64,000 nt of DNA from an uncultured Gemmatimonadales bacterium (GTDB lineage Bacteria > Gemmatimonadota > Gemmatimonadetes > Longimicrobiales > RSA9), in NCBI GenBank assembly GCA_963708135.1, contig OY970192.1:2624001-2688000 (forward strand), in the 5' to 3' direction. This document shows positions 23,294 through 33,200 of the stretch, piece by piece. The position numbers were made by a program, and so were the translations under genes. The notes under the pieces were generated by a model that was not told the DNA's origin, ran no database searches, and was given only the letters and a program-made list of their open reading frames with translations. Numbering within the stretch: the stretch's first letter is position 1; every line of letters begins with the position of its first letter.

Positions 23294-26200
23294 TCAGCGG
23301 GCGGCGAGGGTCTGGAGCTTTCGGGCCACGGCGTCGACGATCGGGCGGTGCTCGGGGTCGCAGTCGTGCCACAGGGCCAGGAAGGCCCGGTAGTGCTCGG
23401 CGGCGGCGGCGCGGCGGCCGCGGCGCAGGTCGAGATCGGCCAGACGCAGGTGGGCGGGCGCGAGGTAGACCAGGTCGGGGATCGAGAGCTCCCCGAGCGA
23501 TGCGAACCAGCTCGCCGCCCCCTCGAGGTCCCCGGCCGACCTCAACGCGATGGCGTGGGCGTAGCGGGCGGCCGGGAGCGAAAAGAAGGGAGAGAGCACG
23601 GCCTCCTCGGGGGAGACGTCGGGAAAGCCGCTGGGCACGGGGTCAACGGTCGCGGTGCGGCCACGGGCGGCGCCGCGCAGGAGATTGCCGTAGACGCCGC
23701 CGAGCTCGGGACGCCGCGGGTGCGTGGTCGCGGCATCGAGCGCCGCCGTGACGGGCGCGGTGCCGATCAGCCCGGCGTACGGCGTGGTTGGCGTCGGCAC
23801 GCGGGAGCGCGCCTCGAGCGTATCGAGCGCGAGGGCCACGGCGGCGCCATCGCCGGCGCGTGCGGCCAGGCCACCCTCGAGGTACGGCTCGGTGAGCGAG
23901 GAGATCCGGGCATCGACGTCCGCCCACGACCACCCGCCCACGGGGGCACCGGCCGACAGTTGCGGCCCGGCCGCCGCGAGCCGGTCCCGGACTGCGGCAA
24001 CCTCGTCGCTACCGCCACCGAACCAGGGCACCAGGGCGAGCAGGGCCCGGTACTGCTCGGCGCGCGCCGGCTCGGCGCGCGCGGCCTGGTCGAGCAGGAC
24101 CCGCGCGCTCCGCCAGCGGCCGCGGGCCATCTCGAGCTGGGCGCGGAGGATCTGCTCGAAGGCGCGCATGGCGGGGGAGTCGGCCTCGCGGTCCAGGAGG
24201 GCGAGCGCGCGCTCGGCGCCGACGGGATCGTGCAGGAACACGCCCAACGTGTAGGCACTGCTCACGATGGTCAGGTCGTCCTGCCCGTGGAGATCGCTCG
24301 CGAGGAAGGCGGAGTCGACCGCGCCGCCCCAGCCCGCGGCGCGCCGGATCAGGCGGAGCTGCGGCGCGCGATGCGCCGCCGGGTTGAGGGCGAGCGCGCC
24401 CTCGGCAAGCTTTGCCGCGGCGCGCAGGTCGCCCCGCATGGCGGCGAGCTGGGCAAGGTGGTAGGTGGCCTCGCTGGCGCCGGGATCGAGCTCACGCACG
24501 TGCTCGAACGCATCCCTTGCCTCCGCGATCGGCCGCCCCCGCAGCGGGTTCAGGTGGAAGAGGGCCTCCCCGAGCTGGGCCCAGACCTCGGCATCGTTCG
24601 GATGGTGGAAGACCAGCTCGCGAGTGATCCGCTCGGCCGTCGCGGCATCCCCGATGCGATAGGCGATCCGGGCCAGGAGGAGGTCGCGCTCCCGCTCCGG
24701 AAGGCGGTCCATGTGGCGCGCGGCCCGGGCGGCGGCATCATCCGCGATCGAAGCCTGAAAGGCGGCGCTCGCGGCCACGCTGAGGCCGTAGTAGGCGAGT
24801 GCGAAGGTGGAATCTTCGCGCACGGCGACCTGGAACGCGTCGATGGCCGCAGCGACCTCGCCCCGCCGTAGCTTCTGCTCGCCGTCCAGGTACGCCTTCA
24901 TGGCGGGGAGCGAGGAGGTGTTCGCCGAGGCGATGCGCGCCAGATGCGAGCCGGGAGAATTCTCCGGCCCCGCCGCCAGCTCCATCACGAGTCGGTCGGC
25001 CAGAGCGAGCGCCTCATCCCGACTCCCCTCCGCGTCCGCACGGACGAGCGGGGTTCCCGCCTGGTCGGCGCGAAAGACCCAGGCGGTCACCCGCAGGCGG
25101 TCGCCGACCGCGACCACGTCGCCGCCCACGACGAACCCGGCGTGGAAACGGCGCGCGAGGCTCGAGCGCTCCCCCGGGGTGCTCGGGGTGGAGCCGATCC
25201 TGTGCAGGTAGGAGAGCACGGCGGGCGCCGGCACGCTGACGAGGTCCCCCGCCCCATCGAGCCCGCTGCTGAGCAGGTCCACCAGCCCCTCGGCGAGGAA
25301 CTGCTGGTCGGGGCCGCCTCGGACCGTGAAGGGGAGGACAAGGACGCGGTGGCCGGCGTCGGGCGCGCCGCCGGCCATGGTCCATCGGACGAGCAGCGGC
25401 CCGGCCGAGGCACCGATGGCGAGCAGCACCATGCTCTGGGCGAGGAGGCGCAGCCGGCGAAGGCGCGGACGGCGCCAGCCCGCCGCTTCATCCGCCCCCG
25501 GCGTCCCGGCGTCCGGCGCCGCGGCGAGGGCCTCCGGCGCCGCGGCGGGAACCTCGGGCGCCGCTTCGGGCAGGGCCAGCGCGGACTCGCCCGCGGCGGC
25601 GGCCGCGGCCGCACGCGGCGTCGCCCGGCGGCGGGGGGCGAGGTCGATGCCCACCGGGGCCGAGTCCGGCTCCGCGGCGTTGACCGCGACGCCCCGGGCG
25701 TGTGCGCGGTCGCGGAGCGATTCCAGGAGCGCGCGCGTTTCCGGCGCCGGAGCCAGGTCGTACTCGGCCCGCAGCCGCTCCGCGAAATCCTCGTAGGCGA
25801 CGACGGCCGCCGCACGGTCGCCCTGCCGGTCCAGCACCTTCATGAGCCGCTGGACCGTGCTGTCCTCGAGCGGGTTCAGCCGCACGGCGCGACGCGCCCA
25901 TTCGGCGGCCTCGGCCCCGCTTCCCGCCCGCTCGCAGCGTTCGACCATCTGCCAGGCGGCCGCGCTGGTCCGCTCCGTCACCTCCCGCCGGATCTCCGAG
26001 ATCCACATCTCGAAATCCTGCGAGATGCCGTCCACGTGGAAGCCCTCGAGGAATTGACCGCGACGCAGCGTCACCGCCTCGGCCGGCCTCCCCTCCTCTG
26101 TCGCCTGGCGGAGCGCCGGGACATCGCACCAGAGCCCGCCGACTCCGACCTCCGCGTCCCCGTGCGACACGATGACGTCGGGCCCGAGCTGGCTCCGCAG

Positions 26201-26419
26201 GTAATAGAGGGTCTGCCGGAGCGCGTGGCGCGCCCGCTCGTCGTCGAGCTCGGGCCAGAGCAGGGCGACGAGGTGGTCCCGGCGCTGCAGGCCCACGTCC
26301 TGGTTCACCGCCAGATAGACGAGCAGCGCCAGCCGTTTCCGCTGCGCGAGCACGGACCGGAGCGTCTGACCGTTCGGAGACAGGAGCTCGATGGCGCCGA
26401 GCGTGTGGAGCTTGAACAT
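23294..26419 (-). CDS. Membrane-spanning SARP/BTAD transcriptional activator with TolB_N-like and TPR C-terminal domains
   Basis: N-terminal LHTLG..EL, LLVYLA, RDHLVALLWP, LRQTLYYLR, BTAD (PLED...QRLM; PAPET); hydrophobic segment MVLLAIGASAGPLLV; VLVLPF...FLAEGLVDLL; TPR-like helices. Confidence 0.85.
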   Translation of the reverse strand: MFKLHTLGAIELLSPNGQTLRSVLAQRKRLALLVYLAVNQDVGLQRRDHLVALLWPELDDERARHALRQTLYYLRSQLGPDVIVSHGDAEVGVGGLWCDVPALRQATEEGRPAEAVTLRRGQFLEGFHVDGISQDFEMWISEIRREVTERTSAAAWQMVERCERAGSGAEAAEWARRAVRLNPLEDSTVQRLMKVLDRQGDRAAAVVAYEDFAERLRAEYDLAPAPETRALLESLRDRAHARGVAVNAAEPDSAPVGIDLAPRRRATPRAAAAAAAGESALALPEAAPEVPAAAPEALAAAPDAGTPGADEAAGWRRPRLRRLRLLAQSMVLLAIGASAGPLLVRWTMAGGAPDAGHRVLVLPFTVRGGPDQQFLAEGLVDLLSSGLDGAGDLVSVPAPAVLSYLHRIGSTPSTPGERSSLARRFHAGFVVGGDVVAVGDRLRVTAWVFRADQAGTPLVRADAEGSRDEALALADRLVMELAAGPENSPGSHLARIASANTSSLPAMKAYLDGEQKLRRGEVAAAIDAFQVAVREDSTFALAYYGLSVAASAAFQASIADDAAARAARHMDRLPERERDLLLARIAYRIGDAATAERITRELVFHHPNDAEVWAQLGEALFHLNPLRGRPIAEARDAFEHVRELDPGASEATYHLAQLAAMRGDLRAAAKLAEGALALNPAAHRAPQLRLIRRAAGWGGAVDSAFLASDLHGQDDLTIVSSAYTLGVFLHDPVGAERALALLDREADSPAMRAFEQILRAQLEMARGRWRSARVLLDQAARAEPARAEQYRALLALVPWFGGGSDEVAAVRDRLAAAGPQLSAGAPVGGWSWADVDARISSLTEPYLEGGLAARAGDGAAVALALDTLEARSRVPTPTTPYAGLIGTAPVTAALDAATTHPRRPELGGVYGNLLRGAARGRTATVDPVPSGFPDVSPEEAVLSPFFSLPAARYAHAIALRSAGDLEGAASWFASLGELSIPDLVYLAPAHLRLADLDLRRGRRAAAAEHYRAFLALWHDCDPEHRPIVDAVARKLQTLAAR

Positions 26420-26541
26420 CCGTTCGTGGCCCTGGGATGGGACCGGGCGGCTCACGGACCGCGTGCCGCGCCGACTGGACAGCCGAACCCAGATTGAAAC
26501 TGGAGTGCAAGTGACGGAAACTCAAGGCTTCTCGGGGACAA

Positions 26542-26559
26542 GTGACGGCTGCGGGACGG
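26542..26559 (+). promoter_or_regulatory. Tandem heptamer GTGACGG-N4-GGGACGG, candidate SARP binding site
   Basis: 11-bp period; the same two heptamers in the same order occur at 34100-34117 on the minus strand; a further GTGACGG sits at 26511. Confidence 0.5.
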
Positions 26560-26822
26560 TGCGGCCAGGGGAGGGCTCGGTCGGAAGGGGGAGAAAAAAG
26601 TTCGCGCGCCGGGAACAATTCGCGGTGCTGGAGAGGAGGCAGAGCAGGTGCGGCCGAGTGGTCGCGGAGCGCATATCACGGGGCGCAATCCGTTGACAGT
26701 AAACGCATTGCAGGCACTCTGGCCGCGGGGAAGCTTGCCGGGTGACGGGGTGGGGTACGGCTCTTGTAGGCGCAGCGCGTGACATCCGGCGCCCGGGCGG
26801 TAGCTCCCCGGGCGCCCCGATC

Positions 26823-26880
26823 CGCTCAAAAAGCGGTGGCGGCCCGGCAACACCGGAGGCCCGCCACCGTTTCCTTTTTC
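26823..26880 (+). terminator. Terminator-like hairpin directly upstream of the S8 peptidase RBS
   Basis: GCGGTGGCGG...CCGCCACCGT followed by TTCCTTTTTC and then GGAGG. Confidence 0.45.
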
Positions 26881-26891
26881 GGAGGCTCGCC

Positions 26892-28811
26892 ATGATGCGC
26901 AAGGTCTGGCTCCTGGCCCTGATCCCCCTGGCGGCCTGCCAGGATGTTCAGTCGCCCACCATGACCGAGGAGATCCAGGCCTCGGTGATCGGCCCGGACG
27001 CGGCTCCGCTGGCGGACGGCGCCGGCGGGGTGATCGTGGTGTTGGGTGCGGGCGCCCGGCCGGAGCAGGTTGCCGCGAGCTACGGTCTGGCGCGGCGCTA
27101 CACCTTCAAGCGGGTGCTGAACGGGTTTGCCACGCAGGCCTCCGCCTCGATAGAGCAACGCCTGCTCCACGATCCCCGGGTGAAGTCGATCCAGCCCGAC
27201 CGGCCGTTCTCGACGGAGGGCGTGGAGCCGGCGCCGAGCTGGGGGCTCGACCGGCTCGATCAGCGGAGCGGGCTGGATGGGAGCTACACGTACACACAGA
27301 CGGGCCGCGGTGTGACCGTATACCTGGTCGACACGGGGATCCGCTATACGCACCACGACTTCGGCGGGCGCGCCGTGTTCGGCTACGACGCGTTCGGCGG
27401 CGACGGCGTGGACTGCCAGGGGCACGGCACGCATGTGGCGGGCACGATCGGCGGGGCGACGTACGGGGTGGCGAAGGACGTGAGCCTCGTCGGGGTGCGC
27501 GTGCTGAACTGCAGCGGCATGGGAACGACGTTAACGGTGCTCGCGGGGCTCGACTGGGTGGCCACGCACGCGAGCGCGCCCGCGGCCGTGAACATGTCGC
27601 TCGGCGGCTCGGGTGATTCGCTGGTGGATCTGGCCGTGCAGCACGTGATCGGCGCGGGGATCACGGTGGTCGTGGCGGCGGGGAACAGCACGGCCAACGC
27701 GTGCGACTATTCGCCGGCCCGTGTACCGAAGGCGTACACGGTCGGCGCGACGGACAGCACGGACGCGCGCGCGAGCTGGTCGAACTGGGGACTCTGTGTC
27801 GATGTGTTCGCTCCTGGCGTGAACATCACCTCCGACGCGTTCACGGGAGACAACGACGCGACGGTGAAGAGCGGGACATCGATGGCCGCGCCGCATGTCA
27901 CGGGCGCGGCTGCGCTCTACCTCGAGGCACACCCGACCGCGACCCCGGCGGAGGTCGCCGCGGGGCTGGCCGGCTCGACGACCAAGGGCGTGGTGAGCGG
28001 CGGCTTCTCCGCCTACAACGACCTCATCTACACGGGGAACGACGGCGCCGACGGGACGGGCGGCGACATTCCGCCCACGGCGAGCTTCACCGCCTCCTGC
28101 GGGGGCGGGAGCTGCACCTTCACCGACGGGAGCAGCGATGCGGACGGGTCCGTGGTCGGCTGGCAGTGGGACTTCGGCGATCATACCGGCGACATCTCGC
28201 CCAGTCCGACGCACACGTACGCGGCGGTGGGCACGTATCACGTGACGCTGATCGTGCGTGACGATGCGGGCGTTTCCTCCACCGCGTCACAGGACGTCAC
28301 CATCGGAACGGCACCGCCGCCCTCGAACGCGCCGCCGACGGCCGCGTTCGATGCGGCCTGCGTCGCGCTGGCCTGCGATTTCCAGGACGGGAGCAGCGAT
28401 CCCGACGGTACGATCACGCAGTGGAGCTGGCAGTTCGGCGATGGCGCCTCCAGCGTGACGAAGACATCGACGGGGATCCAGCACCAGTTCCCGACCAGCG
28501 GGAGGTATACGGTGACGCTGACCGTCACCGACAATGCCGGCGCGAGCACGGCCGCCTCCCACGACGTCACGGTGGGGGTCCTGCTCAGCGCCACCAGCTC
28601 GCGGCAGAAGGGCCGGCAATCGATCAGCCTGAACTGGACGGGCGCCCAGACCACGAAGGTGGACGTCTACCTGGACGGCTCGGTCCTCGCCACGGTCAAG
28701 AACTCGGGCGCGTATACCTTCCAGACCAGTGACCGCGGGAAGACCTCGCACCTGGTGCGCGTCTGCGAGACGGCCGGCATCTGCTCGGCCGACGTGGGCG
28801 TCTCGTTCTAG
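26892..28811 (+). CDS. Subtilisin-like S8 peptidase lipoprotein with I9 propeptide and two PKD domains
   Basis: Lipobox LAAC; SWGLDRLDQ; VDTGI (Asp), HGTHVAG (His), SGTSMAAPHV (Ser); two PTA.F...W.W.FGD PKD repeats. Confidence 0.93.
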   Translation: MMRKVWLLALIPLAACQDVQSPTMTEEIQASVIGPDAAPLADGAGGVIVVLGAGARPEQVAASYGLARRYTFKRVLNGFATQASASIEQRLLHDPRVKSIQPDRPFSTEGVEPAPSWGLDRLDQRSGLDGSYTYTQTGRGVTVYLVDTGIRYTHHDFGGRAVFGYDAFGGDGVDCQGHGTHVAGTIGGATYGVAKDVSLVGVRVLNCSGMGTTLTVLAGLDWVATHASAPAAVNMSLGGSGDSLVDLAVQHVIGAGITVVVAAGNSTANACDYSPARVPKAYTVGATDSTDARASWSNWGLCVDVFAPGVNITSDAFTGDNDATVKSGTSMAAPHVTGAAALYLEAHPTATPAEVAAGLAGSTTKGVVSGGFSAYNDLIYTGNDGADGTGGDIPPTASFTASCGGGSCTFTDGSSDADGSVVGWQWDFGDHTGDISPSPTHTYAAVGTYHVTLIVRDDAGVSSTASQDVTIGTAPPPSNAPPTAAFDAACVALACDFQDGSSDPDGTITQWSWQFGDGASSVTKTSTGIQHQFPTSGRYTVTLTVTDNAGASTAASHDVTVGVLLSATSSRQKGRQSISLNWTGAQTTKVDVYLDGSVLATVKNSGAYTFQTSDRGKTSHLVRVCETAGICSADVGVSF

Positions 28812-28838
28812 GCGCGCCGACTCGGTACTGAAGGGCAG

Positions 28839-28866
28839 GCCCCCGGACGCGCCGGCGTCCGGGGGC
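28839..28866. terminator. Hairpin between the convergent S8 and DsbA genes
   Basis: GCCCCCGGACGC-GCCG-GCGTCCGGGGGC. Confidence 0.55.
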
Positions 28867-28953
28867 CGATTCGTGCCCGCCCACGGGGGTCCAACGTCGC
28901 GGCGCGCGGGGGAGCGCGCGATCCGGCCGCAGCGGGGCCGCTACGCACGGAGG

Positions 28954-30057
28954 TCACGGCCCGCGTCGGCGCAGCTCCTCGTGGATCATCCTCGAGAGGA
29001 CATCGAAGGAGACTGCCCCACCCTCGACAGAGATTCCGTCGATGAAGACGGCCGGCGTCCCGTTGACGCCGACACGCAGACCCTCCGTCCGGTCCCGTTC
29101 GACGCGGCCCTTCTGGCGACCGGAGTCGAGGCAGCCCTCGAACGCCGCCGCATCGAGCCCGAGACGGGCGGCCTTCTCCTTCAGCTCGCTCACCGAGAGC
29201 CGGTCCTGCTCGTGGAACATGAGGTCGTGCATCTGCCAGAACTTCCCCTGCTCGTTCGCGCAGAGGGAGGCCTCCGCGGCCTTCTCGGCGTTCGGGTGGA
29301 TGGAGCTCAGCGGGAACTGCAGATAGACGATCCGGACCGTGTCGGCGAACGCCTTCCGGACCTGCTCGAGCGTGCCGAAGAAGCCTCCGCAGAAGGGACA
29401 CTGGAAATCGGAGAACTCAACCAGCGTCACCGGCGCGTCCGCCCTGCCGCGCGCCGGCGCCCCGTCCAGGTCCAGCGGTACCCGGTAGGGCTGGAGCTCG
29501 ATCATGACGCCGGCCTCTCGGAAGAGGCGGTCCTCCAGGGTATGCGAGGCAGCCTCGCGACGCTGGTCGCGCAGAAACGCCGCGATCGCGTTGTGCATCT
29601 GGACGAGCGGGCGCCCCTGGATGCGATCCGGATTCTCCTGGTACCAGGTGGCGATCTCGACCTCGGTGGGGTCGAGCGACCCGCCGGCCTCGGCGAGGAC
29701 GAGCTCGTCCACCGTCCTGCCCCGCTTCGCGGACTCGGCGGAGAAGAGGCTGTCGCGCAGGATCTGGCGCAGGGTCGCCTCGATCAGCTTCTGCCGCTCG
29801 CGCTCGTAGCCGATCCGCAGACGGTCCAGCTCTGCCCCGGAGCGGGCCCGCACGTCCTCCAGCGTGACGGCGCGGCCACCGATCCGCGCGAGGACGGCGG
29901 GCGGGCCTCCCCCTGTTCCGCGCCCGGCCGAGTCCTCGGCGGACTGCGCTCCGGCGTGAACCGGCACGACCGCGAGGAACGCGATCGCCAGTCCCAGCAC
30001 CCAACTCCGGGAGGTGGGGACAGGCAGGCAGACTGGGGTTTGTCCGAGAATGCTCAT
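28954..30057 (-). CDS. DsbA/thioredoxin-fold oxidoreductase with an N-terminal helical (SurA-like) domain
   Basis: EFSDFQCPFC, FPL..IHPNA..AAEA, GKFWQMHD and GVNGTP motifs; signal peptide. Confidence 0.88.
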   Translation of the reverse strand: MSILGQTPVCLPVPTSRSWVLGLAIAFLAVVPVHAGAQSAEDSAGRGTGGGPPAVLARIGGRAVTLEDVRARSGAELDRLRIGYERERQKLIEATLRQILRDSLFSAESAKRGRTVDELVLAEAGGSLDPTEVEIATWYQENPDRIQGRPLVQMHNAIAAFLRDQRREAASHTLEDRLFREAGVMIELQPYRVPLDLDGAPARGRADAPVTLVEFSDFQCPFCGGFFGTLEQVRKAFADTVRIVYLQFPLSSIHPNAEKAAEASLCANEQGKFWQMHDLMFHEQDRLSVSELKEKAARLGLDAAAFEGCLDSGRQKGRVERDRTEGLRVGVNGTPAVFIDGISVEGGAVSFDVLSRMIHEELRRRGP

Positions 30058-30140
30058 ATGCTCACCGTCGATTTCGAAAGCCGTCGATTCCCGAGCGGGG
30101 GGCGTCCGCGCTGCGCCGGGCGCCTCTCAAAGATGTGCGA

Positions 30141-30168
30141 AAGGGGCGGTGGAGACCACCGCCCCTTC
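30141..30168 (-). terminator. Probable intrinsic terminator after the large surface protein gene
   Basis: Minus strand GAAGGGGCGGTGGTCTCCACCGCCCCTTTC: GC stem followed by Ts. Confidence 0.6.
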
Positions 30169-30214
30169 CGGTTGAGGGTTCAGGCCATGGGCCCGTCGCT
30201 ACGGCAACGGGCGC

Positions 30215-33200
30215 TCAGCTGCCAGTGTTCTCCGTGCAGTGCGGCACCCCGGCCAGGCCCTCGTTGTAGTTACCGAGGATGCCCGCCAGGTCGATCCACT
30301 GCTGCCGCGTGGCGTTGCCGTTCTTCCCCTTCAGCGCACCGATGGTCGTAGGCGTGTTGGCCGGGTTGTTGAAGAGGTTGTAGGCGTCCTGCAGAGCCTG
30401 GGCAACCGCCGCCGGCGGGGTCTGGACGGACACGCCGTTCAGCACCGCGGCCATGTACTGGTCCGCGAGGATGTAGTAGGCGTTGCCCTGCGGGTTCGTC
30501 CAGAACACGTCGAACCAGCTCTGGCCACTGTAGAAGAACGTGGTCCCCGGACCGGTGAGCTGGAGGTCCGGCGTACCGTCGCCATTGAGATCCACGTTCG
30601 CGTACCAGGCCGGGTCCGCCTTCTTGCTGGCGCCGCCCTTGAAGAGCTCGTTGTGCGTCTTCCAGTAGCCCTGGGTGAGCGTGCAACCCTGGACGCACTC
30701 GACCTGGATGTTGACGTACTCGGCATCGAAGTTCGACGTCTGGGTGTCGTTCGTCGTGAACGTCGCCGTGTTGTCGAACCGGTTCGGCCCGCACTGGACC
30801 GGGATGTCGTTCGGGCCGAAGGTGTAGCTGTAGCTGAACGTGTGCGTCGTTCCGCTGCTGGCACACCACGTCCCGAACGTCTTCGAGCCGACCTGGACGC
30901 CCGCGTTCTTGAGGACGTCGTTCACGTCCACGCACTCGTCGATCTCGGAGGTGGGCGTGCTCGAGAAGGTGACGCTGGCCTGCCCCGAGTACTTCGTGGT
31001 GCCACTCGTGCTCGGGGTCAGCTCGGAGGTGTAGGAGTAGTTCTGCTGCGTGGCCGTGGCGGTGTTCGTGCGCGACGTGCCGTCCGGCAGGTCGGCCGCG
31101 TACGTGCAGGTCAGGTCACCGCCGGCGGGCACGGTGAGCGACGGGCAGTTGACCGTCGCGTTGATGACCGGCGTCCCGCTGATCGTGTCGATGACGCCCG
31201 TCAGCGTGGCCGCCTTGGTCGGGTGGTTGTTGTGGATCTTGATGTTGGTCGTGTTGCCGGTCACGTTCCAGGCACTGTCCCTGGACGTACCCGTGAGCAA
31301 GGCCTTGTAGCAGACGTTGAGCGTCTCGCCCTGCTGGATGGTGGCCGTGTGGGTGCTCGAGTCGTACGAGTCGCCACCCGAGGGCAGCGTGAGGAAGCAC
31401 GACTCATCGATCGACTTGTCGATCGTCCAGCTCCACAGCCGCGTGAACGTCGTGGCCGCGTCCTTGGTCACGGCGAGGGTGTAGCAGGTCACGGCGACCG
31501 TCGCCGAGTCCTTGTCCAGCACCGCCGCGTTGTCGCCGTAGAGCGTGGCGATGTTCTTGTGCGAGCCGGCGTCCGTGCCGCAGGTGAACGTCCGCGACGT
31601 CGGATGGAAGGTGCCGGTGTTCGGGTACGTCGTCGTCCCGAGCGTCGACTCGACGCCGCCCTGGTAGCTGTCCTTGGCGGTGACGGTCTCGTTCACCGTC
31701 GTCTGCTGCGCGCCGGCGAAGTTGATCGACGCCGTGCCGCTGAAATTCTTGGACTGCCCCGTGGACGTCGGCTTGGCGGTCGTCCTGCCCGTGTTCGTCC
31801 GCGTGGTGCCGTCCGCCAGCGACTTCGAGTACGTGCAGTCGATCGAGTCGCCTGCCGGCAGGGTGTAGGGCAAGGACCCGGAGATGTCGCCGCCGGCGCT
31901 GTTCAGCTGGCAGGTGGAGATGGTACCGACGATCCCGCCGCTGATCGAATCGCTGATCGACTGGATATAGACGGGCAGCGTGTTCGGGTTCTTGATGTAG
32001 ATATGCCCGTTCACCGTGAAGCCGTCATCCGTGAAGGGCGTGGCGGCCGGCACGACGGAGACCGTGTAGGCCGAGGTGCCATCGTCGCCGTTGAACAGCG
32101 CCCACGACGAGGGCGTCACGGTCTTGGTGAGGTCCCAGTGATAGGTGCGCTGCAGCGACGTGTTCGCCGTCTTGGTGACGACCACGTCGAGGCAGTTCAC
32201 GGTCACGGTGGCGGAGTCGGAGTCGAGGACCGTGCTGTTGTCGCCGATGACCCTGGCGATGTTCTTGTGCTGGCCCTGGTCCGCGTTGCAGGTGAACACC
32301 AAGTTGTAGTGGTACGTCTGGTTGCCGGTCAAGCCGCTGTGGTTCTGACTGGGGTTCGTATCCGTGACGTTCACCGTGGCGTTCTTCAGCGTGTCCGGGG
32401 TCACGAAGGTGAAGGTGTCGGACTTGGCGGAAGTCACCGCCGCGGCCTGCTCGACGTTCACGGTGTTGACGTACTTGGTCGTGCCCGGGTTGCTCGCGAA
32501 CGTGTGCGAGTAGTCGCAGAGGAGCGAGTTGCCCGTGGCGAGCGCGTACGGGAACGACACGTGGCAGTCCAGGGTGATCGGGATGTCACCCGGCTCGAGC
32601 AGATCCGTCACCGCCGTGATGGTATCGGTCGCGCCGGAGGTGTTGTTGATGCTCACCTGGCCGGTCACGTTCCAGTTGCCGTCGGTGCTGTCCTTGGTGA
32701 CGACGACCGTGTACGCCGCGGTGTCGGCCTGGCCGCCGAAGAGCGTGATGGTCGTGGGCGTCACCGACTTGGCGATGTCCCAGGTGTACGTGCGCGTGAA
32801 GTGCGGGAGGGCCGTCTTGGTGACGGCGACGAAGGGCTGTTTGATGGTCGAGAACTCCTCGAACGTGGCGTCCGACGCCCAGGAGTGGCCGTTCGAGTCG
32901 GTGCCGAAGCCGCCCAGGTGCGTATCCACGATGATCCAGAGCCCGCAGGGCGCGGAGGTGACGCCGTTGTAGGGGCACTGGGTCTGCTCGAAGCTGAGCG
33001 CGCTGAAGGCATCCAGGAACGCCTGCTCCGGGATCAGGATGTTGTAGTCGAGCGTCTTGCCGCTGCCGCTGGTCAGGGCGTCCGTGGCGAAGCCGGTCTT
33101 GTTGTTCAGGTCGTAGACCTTGACGCAGTCGGTGTTCGACCGGAACTGGGACCGCAGCGTGTACTGGTCGGGGTGGTCGGTCGCCGTCTGTTTGCAGACG

